Source: Asticcacaulis sp.
Lineage (GTDB): Bacteria > Pseudomonadota > Alphaproteobacteria > Caulobacterales > Caulobacteraceae
Reading direction: 5' to 3'
Length of the DNA stretch: 47,958 nucleotides
Assembly: GCA_049590735.1 (NCBI GenBank)
Contig: JBAWDM010000074.1
Location: forward strand, 1-47,958
The translations under genes were made by a program, and so were the position numbers. Below, piece by piece: positions 29,033-40,253 of the stretch. Position 1 is the first letter of the stretch. The number at the start of each line of letters is the position of its first letter. A model generated the notes under the pieces. That model was given only the letters and a program-made list of their open reading frames with translations, ran no database searches and had not been told where the DNA came from.

Positions 29033-30334
29033 CTAAACTGGGCAGGTTTCCGGTGACAGGGCCAGACAATCACCGGCCAGATACAGTGACCCGCAAATCA
29101 GCACCCGTATAGCCTCATCCGGCAGGGCTTCTATAGCGGCCAACGGGCTTTGTGCCACCCTTGCCGTCAGCCCAGCCGCCTCAGCCGCCACGACGAGCTC
29201 CGCCGGATCAATCGCGGCTTCACTGCTGAAGCCCACGCACGACACATGGGCCGACAAACCCTCAAAACTGGCGAAAAACTCAGTGGCGTCCTTGGTGTTG
29301 ATCAGCCCGCAGATCAGATGCAGGGGCTTTGGGTCACGCGCCTGCTGGTGATCGAGAAAATCACGAATGGCGCGCGCCGCATGCGGATTGTGCCCGCCGT
29401 CCAGCCACAACTCAGAGCCGCGATTTTTAAGCGCCATAAACAAAGGCCCCGCATGCAGACCCTGCAAGCGCCCCGGCCAGACCGCGTTTTGCAGGCCCGC
29501 CTCAATGGCCTCAACGGAAAAACCAAGCATAAGCGCGGCCTTAATGGCCAGGGCCGCATTGCCAATCTGATGCTCACCCGCCAGTTTCGGACGCGGCAAG
29601 TCATAAAGCGCGTCTTCATCCTGAAAAATCAGCCGCTCCCCTTCGCGCCAGGCGTCAAAACCCTGCCCCATACTGTTTAGCGAAACACCCAGTTTCAGGG
29701 CCTGCCGCTCCAGCGAAAGAGCCGCCTCTTCGGGCTGGCGCGCACTTAAGGCCGGCACACCGCGCTTGAAAATACCGGTCTTTTGCCTGGCGATGGTGGT
29801 AAGGTCGTTACCAAGAAAGCTTTGATGATCATAATCAACTGGCGTAATCAGGGTGAGCTTTGGCTGGTCTATAATATTAGTGGCATCCAACAGCCCGCCC
29901 AGACCGGTTTCCAGCAATAAAATATCCGCCGGCGTCTCGGCAAAGGCCAGAAATGCTGCCGCCGTGGTCGATTCAAAAAAGGTCAGCGGCGCGCCATCAT
30001 TGGCCACCTCAACACGCGCCAGAACATCCGCCAGATAAGCCTCATCAATTAACTTTCCGGCCAGACGGATACGTTCCGCAAAATGCACCAGATGCGGACT
30101 GGTATAGACATGCACGCGAAGGCCTTGCGCCTCGGCTATGGCGCGCAACATGGCCAGTGTCGAGCCCTTGCCATTGGTGCCCGCCACATGCACCACCGGC
30201 GGCAGGTGATCCTGCGGACGGCCCAAAGCCTCACAGACACGCAGCATCCGATCCAGGCTGAGATCAATCAGCTTGGGGTGCAGCGCTTTCAGGCGCTCTA
30301 AGGGGGCATCAAAGGGCAAAAGACGGTCGGTCAT
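29033..30334 (-). CDS. folC: Folylpolyglutamate/dihydrofolate synthase
   Basis: HVAGTNGKGS, YTSPHL, ETGLGGLLDATN, WPGRLQ, DGGHN, GSLYLAG. Confidence 0.97.
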   Translation of the reverse strand: MTDRLLPFDAPLERLKALHPKLIDLSLDRMLRVCEALGRPQDHLPPVVHVAGTNGKGSTLAMLRAIAEAQGLRVHVYTSPHLVHFAERIRLAGKLIDEAYLADVLARVEVANDGAPLTFFESTTAAAFLAFAETPADILLLETGLGGLLDATNIIDQPKLTLITPVDYDHQSFLGNDLTTIARQKTGIFKRGVPALSARQPEEAALSLERQALKLGVSLNSMGQGFDAWREGERLIFQDEDALYDLPRPKLAGEHQIGNAALAIKAALMLGFSVEAIEAGLQNAVWPGRLQGLHAGPLFMALKNRGSELWLDGGHNPHAARAIRDFLDHQQARDPKPLHLICGLINTKDATEFFASFEGLSAHVSCVGFSSEAAIDPAELVVAAEAAGLTARVAQSPLAAIEALPDEAIRVLICGSLYLAGDCLALSPETCPV

Positions 30335-30371
30335 TTGGCGCGTATAGCTGCATTTATCAGCAACTGTCTAT

Positions 30372-31025
30372 CTAAGGTTTTGGCGCCACACCAAACTTAG
30401 GGCACAGGTCGCTGACGATGCAGGTGCCGCACTTGGGTTTACGCGCCACGCAGACATAACGGCCATGCAGGATCAGCCAGTGATGGGCGCGTGTCAGCCA
30501 TTTTTTCGGAATGATCTTCATGAGCTGCACCTCAACCTTGTCAGGCGTTGTGTCAGATGCATCAACAAGACCCAAACGATGCGAGACACGAAACACATGG
30601 GTATCGACCGCAATGGCCGGTTCAATATCCAGCTCATTCAACACCACACTGGCCGTTTTATTGCCGACACCGGGCAGGCTGAGCAATCCTTCGCGGGTGA
30701 GCGGCACCTCACCGCCATAGTGCGTTATCAGAATACGGCACATATCCATGACGTTTTTGGCCTTGTTGCGATACAGTCCAATCGAGCTGATCATCTCACG
30801 CAGGCGATCTTCGCCAAGCGCCAGCATGTCCAAAGGATTGGACGCCAGCTTAAACAAGGGTTCCGTCGCCTTATTGACCGCCACATCGGTCGTCTGGGCC
30901 GACAGGGCCACGGCCACAACCAATGTAAAGGGAGTGTTGAAATGCAGCTCCGTTTTCGGATCGGGGCGGCTCTCCTCAAAGCGTTCAAAAAGCGCCTTGA
31001 TCAGTTTAGGAGTGGCTTGGGTCAT
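30372..31025 (-). CDS. nth: Endonuclease III
   Basis: LSAQTTD, LPGVGNKTA (HhH), AVDTHVFRV, C-x6-C-x2-C-x5-C Fe-S motif. Confidence 0.97.
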   Translation of the reverse strand: MTQATPKLIKALFERFEESRPDPKTELHFNTPFTLVVAVALSAQTTDVAVNKATEPLFKLASNPLDMLALGEDRLREMISSIGLYRNKAKNVMDMCRILITHYGGEVPLTREGLLSLPGVGNKTASVVLNELDIEPAIAVDTHVFRVSHRLGLVDASDTTPDKVEVQLMKIIPKKWLTRAHHWLILHGRYVCVARKPKCGTCIVSDLCPKFGVAPKP

Positions 31026-31121
31026 AACGAAGGCCTTGTGGTCGGGCTTTCAGTTAAGGGCGATTTCAAAAGGACACAAGGGCCGCTTGCCAAATCAGTC
31101 TACGGCCCGCTATGAAAAGTC

Positions 31122-31586
31122 ATGACCGCCGTTTTATTTGTCTGCCTTGGCAATATATGCCGTTCGCCTCTGGCCGAAGGGATTTTCCGCGCCCAGGTCG
31201 AGGCGGCCGGATTGTCTGCGCAATTTTTTATGGATTCGGCCGGTTGCGGCGGCTGGCATAGCGGCGAGCCTCCTGACCCGCGCTCTGTGGCCCTTGCGGC
31301 CCATCACGGCATCGACCTGAGCGCACAAAAAGCCCGACAAATTCATCGTGATGATTTTGAGCGCTTCGACCTGATCTTAGGCCTCGACCGCGACAATGTC
31401 CGTCACCTGAAGGCCATGCTACCTAAAGGCAGCCACGCGCAGGTCAGGCTATATCTGGAAGCCGCACTGGGCCTCCACAAGGATGTGCCCGACCCCTATT
31501 ACGGCAGTGCCTCTGATTTCGAAGCCGTTTTTCATCTGTGCGAAAAAGCGAGTGCAGGCTTGCTAAATCAACGGATCAATGCCTGA
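31122..31586 (+). CDS. Low molecular weight protein-tyrosine phosphatase
   Basis: FVCLGNICRSP, DSAG, VPDPYYG. Confidence 0.95.
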   Translation: MTAVLFVCLGNICRSPLAEGIFRAQVEAAGLSAQFFMDSAGCGGWHSGEPPDPRSVALAAHHGIDLSAQKARQIHRDDFERFDLILGLDRDNVRHLKAMLPKGSHAQVRLYLEAALGLHKDVPDPYYGSASDFEAVFHLCEKASAGLLNQRINA

Positions 31587-31617
31587 ATAGGCCCAATAAA
31601 ATCTCCAGGAAGTGACC

Positions 31618-31896
31618 ATGCCCATTACCCCCGACAACCAGTTTAACAACCGCGCTGATGCCCATATCAATCTGTCCAATAATCAGGCATCGCTGTTTGG
31701 CCCCTTGCCCGCAACGGAGGCAGCCATCTATGCGGCGGCGCGCTTTACCGGCTGGTATATTACGATTGAAGCCAAAACAATAAAGGAGGCAGAAGCGAAG
31801 TCTGCCGCCCAGATCGACTACTTTACGAAGCTTTATCGTGAACTGCTGGAAGAAAATCTGCAGGAACAGATCGAGCTTTTAAAAAAACAAAAATAA
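31618..31896 (+). CDS. Small hypothetical protein, DUF3144-like
   Basis: FNNRADAHINLSN...AAARF...YRELLEENL pattern; AGGA SD upstream. Confidence 0.7.
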   Translation: MPITPDNQFNNRADAHINLSNNQASLFGPLPATEAAIYAAARFTGWYITIEAKTIKEAEAKSAAQIDYFTKLYRELLEENLQEQIELLKKQK

Positions 31897-31907
31897 ATAA
31901 CCAAAGC

Positions 31908-33203
31908 CTACAGGATATAGCGGCTTAAATCAGCGTCTGTGGCGATATCGCCCAGGCGCTTTTTGACGTAATCCGCATCAATGCTCACGCTTTGGCCGTG
32001 CATGTCCGACGCCGCATAGGACAGGTCTTCCATGACCTTTTCAATCACCGTATGCAGGCGGCGCGCGCCGATATTTTCGACACGGGCATTCACCGTAGCG
32101 GCCGCTTCGGCCATGACGGCAATGGCGCTGGCGTCAAAGTCAAGCGTGACGCCTTCGGTGGCCATCAAAGCCTGATTTTGCTTAATCAGGTTGGATTCCG
32201 GCTCGCTTAGGATACGGCGGAAATCGTCCTGAGTGAGGGCTTTTAATTCCACGCGGATCGGCAAACGGCCCTGTAATTCCGGCAGCAGATCAGAGGGTTT
32301 GGAGACATGGAAAGCCCCCGATGCAATAAATAATATATGATCCGTCTTGACCGGCCCGTACTTGGTTGAGACGGTGGTGCCTTCGATTAACGGCAACAGG
32401 TCGCGCTGCACGCCTTCGCGTGACACATCCGCCCCGCTGCGGTCAGAACGCGAGGCCACCTTGTCGATCTCATCCAGAAAGACGATACCTTCGTTTTCCG
32501 CCAGTTTCAGCGCTTCATGCGCCAATGAATCCTGATCCAGCAACTTGTCGGATTCTTCGGAAATCAAAGGGGGCAAGGCGGCCTTGACTGTGGTTTTGAC
32601 GGTCTTTTTGCGGCTGCCCATGGCCTTGGACAGCATGTCGCCGATGTTAAACGCGCCCGGTTGCTGGCCCGGAATTTCGATCATCCCCGCCGGCATGGTA
32701 TCCGCCAAAGCGATCTCGATCTCCTTGTCGTCCAACTCATTATTGCGCAGTTTTTTACGGAAGCTTTCGCGGGTCGCGGCGGCCGCCGTTTCGCCCACCA
32801 GCGCATCAATCAGTCGCTCTTCGGCCGCCAGCTCAGCGCGGGCACGGACACCGGCACGGTTCTTATCCTTGATCATCAACATGGCGGCTTCGACCAGATC
32901 GCGCACAATCTGATCGACATCGCGGCCGACATAGCCGACCTCGGTGAACTTGGTGGCCTCGATCTTGATAAAGGGCGCCTGAACCAGTTTGGCCAGACGG
33001 CGGGCAATCTCGGTCTTCCCGACGCCTGTAGGCCCGATCATCAGAATGTTTTTCGGTGTGATTTCGTCTCGGATATCATCCGGTGTCGCCTTACGACGCC
33101 AGCGATTGCGCAGGGCCACGGCCACGGCCTTTTTGGCATCGTGGTGGCCAATGATAAAACGGTCGAGTTCAGATACGATTTCGCGAGGAGAAAAGTTCGT
33201 CAT
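31908..33203 (-). CDS. hslU: ATP-dependent protease ATPase subunit HslU
   Basis: [42 protein letters not shown]. Confidence 0.99.
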   Translation of the reverse strand: MTNFSPREIVSELDRFIIGHHDAKKAVAVALRNRWRRKATPDDIRDEITPKNILMIGPTGVGKTEIARRLAKLVQAPFIKIEATKFTEVGYVGRDVDQIVRDLVEAAMLMIKDKNRAGVRARAELAAEERLIDALVGETAAAATRESFRKKLRNNELDDKEIEIALADTMPAGMIEIPGQQPGAFNIGDMLSKAMGSRKKTVKTTVKAALPPLISEESDKLLDQDSLAHEALKLAENEGIVFLDEIDKVASRSDRSGADVSREGVQRDLLPLIEGTTVSTKYGPVKTDHILFIASGAFHVSKPSDLLPELQGRLPIRVELKALTQDDFRRILSEPESNLIKQNQALMATEGVTLDFDASAIAVMAEAAATVNARVENIGARRLHTVIEKVMEDLSYAASDMHGQSVSIDADYVKKRLGDIATDADLSRYIL

Positions 33204-33239
33204 AAGTATTCCAGTAACAAAAGCGCTCAGTGCGGCGGC

Positions 33240-33797
33240 TTAGTATGTCAGGGTTTCAATCGTCAGATGGTCATTGGTGTAGACACAGATGCCCGATGCC
33301 ACTTTCATGGCCTTGCGCGCGATGATTTCAGCATCCGGTTCATAGTCCAAAAGCGCACGCGCCGCAGACAGCGCATAGGTGCCGCCTGAGCCAATCGCCG
33401 CCACGCCGTCTTCGGGTTCCAGCACATCACCCACACCGGTTATGGTCAGGACGGTGTCCTTATCGGCTACCAGTAACATGGCCTCCAGCTTGCGCAGATA
33501 CCGATCCGTGCGCCAGTCCTTCGCCAGATCGACACAGGCCCGCGCCAGTTGATCGGGATACAGCTCAAGCTTGGCCTCCAGCCGTTCCAGAAGCGTGAAG
33601 GCATCGGCGGTCGCCCCGGCAAAACCGGTGATGACCTTGCCACCCGACAGGGTGCGCACCTTGCGCGCGCCACCTTTAACGATGGTCGGCCCCATCGACA
33701 CCTGACCGTCACCGGCGATCACCGTCTTGTTATTTTTGCGCACAGCAATAATGGTCGTGCCATGCCAGTTGGGAAAGGGAGAATTATGCGCGTTCAT
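33240..33797 (-). CDS. hslV: ATP-dependent protease peptidase subunit HslV
   Basis: HG-TTI (catalytic Thr after a short propeptide), [26 protein letters not shown]. Confidence 0.98.
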   Translation of the reverse strand: MNAHNSPFPNWHGTTIIAVRKNNKTVIAGDGQVSMGPTIVKGGARKVRTLSGGKVITGFAGATADAFTLLERLEAKLELYPDQLARACVDLAKDWRTDRYLRKLEAMLLVADKDTVLTITGVGDVLEPEDGVAAIGSGGTYALSAARALLDYEPDAEIIARKAMKVASGICVYTNDHLTIETLTY

Positions 33798-33846
33798 GCA
33801 ACTTTTAGCCCGTTTGTCAAAGTGATCCTGTTTTGGCGTGGCTCTT

Positions 33847-33875
33847 AACTGGCGCTTTTGCCATTGCGATTCAAG
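33847..33875 (-). promoter_or_regulatory. Possible RpoH (sigma32) promoter of hslVU
   Basis: Minus strand CTTGAA-N17-CCAGTT upstream of the heat-shock operon. The -10 match is imperfect. Confidence 0.4.
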
Positions 33876-33899
33876 TCCCGTGGTGCCATTTGGATGATT

Positions 33900-34631
33900 A
33901 TGCTAAGTGATGACGAAATCGACCGCTATGCCCGCCACCTTGTGCTGAAAGAGATCGGCGGGGCCGGGCAAATGCAGCTTAAGGCCGCCAGGGTCGCCCT
34001 GATTGGCGCAGGCGGCATTGGCTCACCCGCAGCGCTTTATTTGGCGGCGGCCGGAGTCGGCACCTTAGGGCTGATTGATGATGATGCGGTATCTCTGAGT
34101 AATCTGCAACGCCAGGTTTTGTTCGCCACGGATGATATCGGCCAGCCCAAAACCGAGGTGGCCGCCAAACGCCTCAATGCGATCAATCCGCATGGCGTTT
34201 ACAACGTCCACGGGCTGCGTTTGACGGATGATAATGCGGCGCAGATATTAGCTGATTACGACATCGTTCTGGATGGCTGCGATAATTTTGAAACGCGGTT
34301 TTTGGTCAATCAAACCTGCCATGATCTGAAAAAGCCACTGGTATCGGCGGCTCTGGGTCGTTTTAGCGGCCAGTTGGCCGTGTTTTCCGGCAAGCCCTGT
34401 TACCAATGCTTAGTGCCGGACATGCCGCCGGACGCTGAGACCTGCGAACGGGTCGGCGTGGTCGGGGCCGTGGCGGGCATTATCGGCAGCATGGCCGCAC
34501 TTGAGGTCATCAAGCTGATCACAGGTGCCGGTGAGCCGCTTACCTCTAAATTATTGATTTTCGATGGCCTAAGCATGACGTCGCGCATTGTCGGCTTGTC
34601 GGCTGATCCGACCTGCCCGGTGTGTGGGTAA
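33900..34631 (+). CDS. moeB: MoeB/ThiF/HesA-family adenylyltransferase
   Basis: [29 protein letters not shown] and CPVC zinc ligands. Confidence 0.88.
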   Translation: MLSDDEIDRYARHLVLKEIGGAGQMQLKAARVALIGAGGIGSPAALYLAAAGVGTLGLIDDDAVSLSNLQRQVLFATDDIGQPKTEVAAKRLNAINPHGVYNVHGLRLTDDNAAQILADYDIVLDGCDNFETRFLVNQTCHDLKKPLVSAALGRFSGQLAVFSGKPCYQCLVPDMPPDAETCERVGVVGAVAGIIGSMAALEVIKLITGAGEPLTSKLLIFDGLSMTSRIVGLSADPTCPVCG

Positions 34632-34721
34632 TATTTTCATATAGCTGCGAACCGTTATGCTCTTATCGCCCCCTCTTATCTCATAGCGCCTCAGTTGTGA
34701 GCGCAGTTTAGGAGATAAGTC

Positions 34722-34940
34722 ATGTTTTATGCTAAGAACCTTCCCGGCCTTGAGCGTCTGATCCGTATCATGATGGGCATAGGTGTAGCCGTTGCAGGCC
34801 TATGGTTTTTCCAGGCTCAGATCATGGGCTATATTATTGCCGGCATGGGCATTATGCTTGCCATGACGGGAATGTTTGGCTTTTGCCCCATGTGCGCCAT
34901 GGCCGGTCGTAAGCTGGATAAGCGCAATCACAAGGACTAA
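34722..34940 (+). CDS. DUF2892 (YgaP-like) small membrane protein
   Basis: KN..ERLIR, two hydrophobic helices, GFCP; AGGAG SD. Confidence 0.85.
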   Translation: MFYAKNLPGLERLIRIMMGIGVAVAGLWFFQAQIMGYIIAGMGIMLAMTGMFGFCPMCAMAGRKLDKRNHKD

Positions 34941-34983
34941 TCACATCGCATCGCCCCCTACACACCATCTGATTGAGGCAGCC

Positions 34984-35463
34984 ATGGGGGGCGAACGCGA
35001 GGCCATTTTGGCCCTGATGAGCGCATCGCAAAACGACATCCGCCGTTATGCCCGTCGCAGTTGCCGCGACGTATCCGATGCAGAAGACGCGGCCCAAGAA
35101 ACGCTATGGGTTTTGTATCGCCACGTTAATGCCTTGCGTCATGTCGGGGCCTTGTCGTCTTGGTTGTTCCAGATCGTGCAACGTACCTGCTTGAAACTGG
35201 CCCATAAAGGCATGCCTTTTTTAGACGTCGCCACCTTGGAAAACGATATGCGTTTTTCGCAGACACCAGAGGCCGAAGTCCGACTCGATGTAGCCAGCGC
35301 CATCCAATCCCTGCCTGCTCATTATCGCGACATCTTGTTATTGCGTGATATCGAAGAACTGACCATTGATGAGATTGCCTGCCAATTAGTCACGACACGC
35401 GAGACGGTTAAGGCGCGGCTGCATCGTGCACGTCTTTTGGTGCGCGAATATTTGCGTCACTAG
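34984..35463 (+). CDS. ECF-type RNA polymerase sigma factor (start uncertain, may be further upstream)
   Basis: DAEDAAQE and SWLFQI (region 2); AIQSLPAHYRDILLLRDIEELTIDEIA and TVKARLHRAR (region 4). Confidence 0.88.
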   Translation: MGGEREAILALMSASQNDIRRYARRSCRDVSDAEDAAQETLWVLYRHVNALRHVGALSSWLFQIVQRTCLKLAHKGMPFLDVATLENDMRFSQTPEAEVRLDVASAIQSLPAHYRDILLLRDIEELTIDEIACQLVTTRETVKARLHRARLLVREYLRH

Positions 35464-35466
35464 GGT

Positions 35467-35925
35467 TTAATAGCCGTTCATTAAAGCCCGCAACAAAGCG
35501 CCCTGATCGACATATTGCAGGACATTGCTTAAGGACGATTGCACTTGCGGGTCACGGATCAGACCTTGTAGGGCCGTCTGACCAAATTGCGTAAAGGCCT
35601 CGGTGACACCGTCCTGCCCATCGTTACGAATGGCAGCCGATGTCTCAGCCGTGCAATCCTTGGTCAGCAGACGCGTGAACAGCGTACCCCCCGCCTGATT
35701 AACCGCCGCATATTGCGCCTCAGAGATATTCGCCAAATCGCTCAGGCCCGGATGACGCGCCATGACGGCAAAAGCCCAACGGCTGAGGACAATCTGGTCG
35801 TCGGGCGTGGTCGAACGCGTCAGACAGGCCGACAAGGCTTCAGTTGTCGGCGTTGCGGCCTGCACTTGTCCCGTCATAACAGCAAGACCAAGGGCGAAAA
35901 CAAGCGGTTTCAAAGCAGATTTCAT
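35467..35925 (-). CDS. Hypothetical secreted protein
   Basis: Signal peptide (VQA-A), two Cys (ACLTRST, TKDC), helical composition. Confidence 0.75.
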   Translation of the reverse strand: MKSALKPLVFALGLAVMTGQVQAATPTTEALSACLTRSTTPDDQIVLSRWAFAVMARHPGLSDLANISEAQYAAVNQAGGTLFTRLLTKDCTAETSAAIRNDGQDGVTEAFTQFGQTALQGLIRDPQVQSSLSNVLQYVDQGALLRALMNGY

Positions 35926-36070
35926 AAGAAGATCACCTTATTGGCGGCAAAAAAACCGCGCTTTGGTCTATCTTGCTTAGCTATTGTGGCGCGGATTAGA
36001 CAGAGGGCATCGTTTCCTGTATAGAGCCGCGCTATTCCAATATGTTCATACCTCATGAAAGCCGCCTAAC

Positions 36071-37282
36071 TTGGCCCATACGCTCGACCTGTCTGCAAAA
36101 CCCGCGTCTAATGCGTTGATCAACCTGACGGGTTTGACGCGTGCCGGACTGGCGGCGGCCCTTACCGAATCCGGTGTGGTTGAGCCGCGCAAGGCCCGTA
36201 TGCGCGCGACGCAAATCTGGCGCTGGATGCACCATTACGGCTTTACCGATTTCAATAAGATGACCGATATCGGCAAAGAACAACGCGCCCTTTTCAAAGA
36301 GAAATTTACCCTGGCCCGCCCCGAAGTGGTTGAGCGTCAGGTCAGTGATGATGGCACACGCAAATATCTGATCCGCATGGCCCCAGGCATCGAAGTCGAA
36401 AGCGTCTATATTCCCGATGTCGGCCGTTCCGGTGCGCTCTGTGTGTCGTCGCAGGTCGGCTGCACGCTGAACTGCACCTTTTGTCATACCGGCACGCAGG
36501 CGCTGGTGCGTAATCTGACGGCTGCCGAGATTGTCGCTCAGGTGCAGGTGGTGCGTGACGATCTGGGCGAATGGCCATCGCCCAGCGAAGATCGCAAACT
36601 GTCCAATATCGTCTTTATGGGCATGGGTGAGCCGCTCTATAATCTTGATCATGTGGCCGATGCCATTGAGATCATTTCCGACAACGAAGGCATTGCCATC
36701 TCCCGCCGCCGCATGACGGTGTCTACGTCGGGCGTGGTGCCCGAACTAGGACCATTGGGTGAGCGCACGCAGGCCATGCTGGCCATTTCGCTGCATGCCA
36801 CCAATGATGAGTTGCGTAATGTTTTGGTGCCGCTCAACAAGAAATACAATATCGCGCAGTTGATGGAAGGCATCCGCAACTATCCGGGTATTTCCAACGC
36901 ACGCCGTGTTACCTTTGAATATGTCATGCTTAAAGGGATCAACGACTCGCCCCAAGAGGCGCGCGTGCTGACACAATTGCTCAAAGGTATTCCGGCCAAG
37001 ATCAACCTGATCCCATTCAATCCCTGGCCCGGTACGGATTATGAGTGTTCCGATTGGCCGACCATTGAAGCTTTTGCCGCCGTTTTAAACCGCGCAGGCT
37101 ATGCCTCACCCATTCGCACGCCACGTGGCCGCGACATTCTGGCGGCCTGTGGGCAACTAAAGTCTGAGAGCGAAAAGAAGCGCGCCAGTACGGTACGCAG
37201 GGAAGACAAGGCGGCCCAAACTGTTATGCCAATCGGCGGCCTGCCCTTTGGCCATCTGGCTGGCGGCGTGTTCGACGCCTGA
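36071..37282 (+). CDS. rlmN: 23S rRNA m2A2503/tRNA A37 methyltransferase RlmN
   Basis: [15 protein letters not shown] (radical SAM), [29 protein letters not shown]. Confidence 0.98.
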   Translation: MAHTLDLSAKPASNALINLTGLTRAGLAAALTESGVVEPRKARMRATQIWRWMHHYGFTDFNKMTDIGKEQRALFKEKFTLARPEVVERQVSDDGTRKYLIRMAPGIEVESVYIPDVGRSGALCVSSQVGCTLNCTFCHTGTQALVRNLTAAEIVAQVQVVRDDLGEWPSPSEDRKLSNIVFMGMGEPLYNLDHVADAIEIISDNEGIAISRRRMTVSTSGVVPELGPLGERTQAMLAISLHATNDELRNVLVPLNKKYNIAQLMEGIRNYPGISNARRVTFEYVMLKGINDSPQEARVLTQLLKGIPAKINLIPFNPWPGTDYECSDWPTIEAFAAVLNRAGYASPIRTPRGRDILAACGQLKSESEKKRASTVRREDKAAQTVMPIGGLPFGHLAGGVFDA

Positions 37283-37414
37283 GGCCGCGATAGCGTCACA
37301 CGCCTGACATAATTTCAGCGCTGCATAATCCTGCACGGTTTAAGGCTTCAGAGTCGCTTGACCTAAAACTTAAGTGTGCGCCAAATACTATTTTAATCAT
37401 CTGAGGAGTTGGAA

Positions 37415-37813
37415 ATGGGCTTGTTTGATAGCGTAATGAATGCGTCCGGCGGCGAAGGCGGCATGGATCTGCAAAAACTGGCCAGCCAGTTTGGCGATGG
37501 CGGCCTTGAAAATATTGTTGCCAAATTTCAAGAAGGCGGCATGGGCGAAGTCGTTCAGTCTTGGATCGGAACGGGTGGCAATTTGCCCGTTTCAACCGCC
37601 CAGATTGAAGCGGTTTTAGGTTCTGCTCCGGTTCAGAACATCGCTAAATCCATGGGTATTGATACAACCCAAGTTGCCGCCGCACTACCCGGCCTGATCG
37701 ACAAGCTGACACCTAATGGTCAATTACCGCAGGGCGGTATTGGCGACGTATTGGGTCAGGCCATGAGCAAGGGCGGCCTTGGTGGTATGCTCGGCGGCAT
37801 GATGAAGGGCTGA
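37415..37813 (+). CDS. YidB/DUF937-family protein
   Basis: GGLENIVAKFQEGGMGEVVQSWIGTGGNLPVS, LPGLIDKLTPNGQLP; GAGGAG SD. Confidence 0.88.
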   Translation: MGLFDSVMNASGGEGGMDLQKLASQFGDGGLENIVAKFQEGGMGEVVQSWIGTGGNLPVSTAQIEAVLGSAPVQNIAKSMGIDTTQVAAALPGLIDKLTPNGQLPQGGIGDVLGQAMSKGGLGGMLGGMMKG

Positions 37814-37824
37814 TGAGGCCCTGA

Positions 37825-38058
37825 CTACTCTTTTGGAAACGCCTTGACCTTATGTTCCGGTGTCACTTCGACATCGGGGGTCAGGGCGTTTTCATTAGCG
37901 TCCTCAGGGACCTTATATTTATGATCGCCGTCAGGATGGAAATATTCCTTATCCTCTCCGGCCTGATTGAGCTCATCGGGCGTAAATACCATCTTGCCCT
38001 CATTTGAGCCTTTCACCTTTTGCGCCTCATCGGCTTTTATTTTATCATTTGTGGTCAT
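37825..38058 (-). CDS. Small hydrophilic hypothetical protein (77 aa)
   Basis: Strong AAAGGAG SD; fills the gap between YidB and acs. Confidence 0.7.
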   Translation of the reverse strand: MTTNDKIKADEAQKVKGSNEGKMVFTPDELNQAGEDKEYFHPDGDHKYKVPEDANENALTPDVEVTPEHKVKAFPKE

Positions 38059-38148
38059 GTGGATAGCTCCTTTGACATTAGCTACCCACTATAGGCCTCG
38101 CCCTGTAAGAAGGCTGTCTGCAAACGCCACCCAGACATAAGGGGATCG

Positions 38149-40092
38149 TTAAGTCCCCAAACCCTTGGCGCTTTCAATCAGATCCGCCACGACCGCCGGA
38201 TCGGCCAAGGTTGAGATGTCGCCCAACTGATCCGGATGGCCCTCCGCAATCTTGCGCAAAATCCGCCGCATAATCTTGCCGGAACGGGTTTTCGGCAGGC
38301 CCGGCGCCCACTGAATGACATCCGGCGTTGCCAAGGGCCCGATTTCCTGCCGCACCCAGTTACGCAGCTCAACCTTCAGGGCATCAGTTGGGGTGACACC
38401 AGCCTTAAGGGTGACATAGCACCAGATGCCCTGCCCCTTAATGTCGTGCGGATAGCCCACAACAGCCGCCTCAGTAACGCCCGAATGCCCCACTAAAGCG
38501 CTTTCGATCTCAGCCGTGCCCAATCTGTGCCCGGATACATTCAGCACATCATCGACACGGCCCGTGATCCAGTAATAGCCATCTTCGTCGCGGCGGCAGC
38601 CATCGCCGGTAAAATACTTGCCGGGATAGGTCGAGAAATAGGTATCAAGAAGGCGCTGATGGTCGCCATACACCGTGCGCATCTGGCCGGGCCAGCTATC
38701 GGCGATACAGAGATTGCCCTCAACCGCGCCGTCTAACACTGTCCCTTCGGCATCCACCAGAACCGGCAAAATACCGGGTAAGGGTCTGGTGGCTGACCCC
38801 GGCTTGGTGGGCGTGGCCCCCGGCACAGGCGTGATCATCAGCCCGCCGGTTTCGGTCTGCCACCAGGTATCAACGATCGGGCATTTTTCATTACCGACCA
38901 TACGGTGATACCACAACCAGGCTTCGGGGTTGATAGGCTCACCGACCGTGCCCAAAACCCGCAATGAGGCCCTTGAGGTCGCCTTTACCGGCGCCTCACC
39001 AAAGCGCATCAGAGCGCGAATGGCAGTCGGCGCGGTGTAGAATATGTTGACCTTGTGTTTATCGACCACCTGCCAGAAACGGCTATTGTCGGGATAGTTG
39101 GGCACGCCTTCGAACATCAAAGAGGTCGCACCATTGGCCAGAGGGCCATACACCACATAGGAATGGCCCGTCACCCAGCCAATATCGGCGGTACACCAAT
39201 AGATGTCGCCATCCTGATAATCAAAAGCCGTCTTATGCGTATAGGCCGCCCACGCCAGATAGCCCGCCGTGGTATGCAAAACACCCTTGGGTTTGCCGGT
39301 TGATCCGGAGGTGTACAGAATAAAAAGCGGATCCTCGGCATTCATGCGTTCCGGTGCGCAGACATCCGACATACTCACCAAGGCTTCAGGGACGGAAATG
39401 TCGCGACCATCATGCTTCAGATAATGGGCCGCTGTATGCTCAACCACAAATACATGCCGCACATTGGGGCATTGCAGCAAGGCCAGATCAACATTCGCCT
39501 TAAGCGGAATGACCTTGCCGCCCCGTAGACCTTCATTGGCCGTAATAACGATCTCAGAACTAGAATCCTGAATGCGTCCGGCAATGCTGTCGGGCGAAAA
39601 GCCGCCGAAGATAATATTATGGATCGCGCCAATCCGCGCACAGGCCAGCATGAAATAGGCCGCTTCCGGCACCATGGGCATATAAAGCGTGATGCGGTCG
39701 CCTTTTTTGGCGCCATGCGCCTTAAGCAGGTTGGCGCGTTTATTGACCTCAACAGACAACTGATTATAGGTCACACTGTAGGAAACCGACGGATCATCGC
39801 CTTCGAATATCAGCGCCACCTGATCGCCGCGTGCCGCCAGATGCCGGTCGATACAGTTGACGGATACGTTCAAAACCCCGTCATAAAACCAGCGAATACG
39901 GAAATCCTTGCGGTCATAAGATACGTCTTTGACCTGCGTGTAGGGCTTAATCCAGTCCAGTGCGTCCGCCAGTGTGCGCCAGTGCGCATCCGGGTTCTTT
40001 GCAAACAGATCATGTTGCGCCGCCAACCCTTCAGCCGTAAGCGTTGCAGGCCGCACAAAACCGGCAGGGACATCAAACAGGGCATCACTCAT
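38149..40092 (-). CDS. acs: Acetate--CoA ligase
   Basis: [37 protein letters not shown]. Confidence 0.98.
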   Translation of the reverse strand: MSDALFDVPAGFVRPATLTAEGLAAQHDLFAKNPDAHWRTLADALDWIKPYTQVKDVSYDRKDFRIRWFYDGVLNVSVNCIDRHLAARGDQVALIFEGDDPSVSYSVTYNQLSVEVNKRANLLKAHGAKKGDRITLYMPMVPEAAYFMLACARIGAIHNIIFGGFSPDSIAGRIQDSSSEIVITANEGLRGGKVIPLKANVDLALLQCPNVRHVFVVEHTAAHYLKHDGRDISVPEALVSMSDVCAPERMNAEDPLFILYTSGSTGKPKGVLHTTAGYLAWAAYTHKTAFDYQDGDIYWCTADIGWVTGHSYVVYGPLANGATSLMFEGVPNYPDNSRFWQVVDKHKVNIFYTAPTAIRALMRFGEAPVKATSRASLRVLGTVGEPINPEAWLWYHRMVGNEKCPIVDTWWQTETGGLMITPVPGATPTKPGSATRPLPGILPVLVDAEGTVLDGAVEGNLCIADSWPGQMRTVYGDHQRLLDTYFSTYPGKYFTGDGCRRDEDGYYWITGRVDDVLNVSGHRLGTAEIESALVGHSGVTEAAVVGYPHDIKGQGIWCYVTLKAGVTPTDALKVELRNWVRQEIGPLATPDVIQWAPGLPKTRSGKIMRRILRKIAEGHPDQLGDISTLADPAVVADLIESAKGLGT

Positions 40093-40253
40093 GGGGGCAT
40101 TTCCTCAGGACTTTTGTAATCTTTCCCAACCTTACGAAATGCTGATTCGAGAGTCTATAAGGGCAATCAGGAGATTTCACAGATTATTGTCTGCCCCTGA
40201 GGGATGAAACCCGTATAAGCTGCGCACAAGCCTGTTTTGTGAGGAGAGTACCC

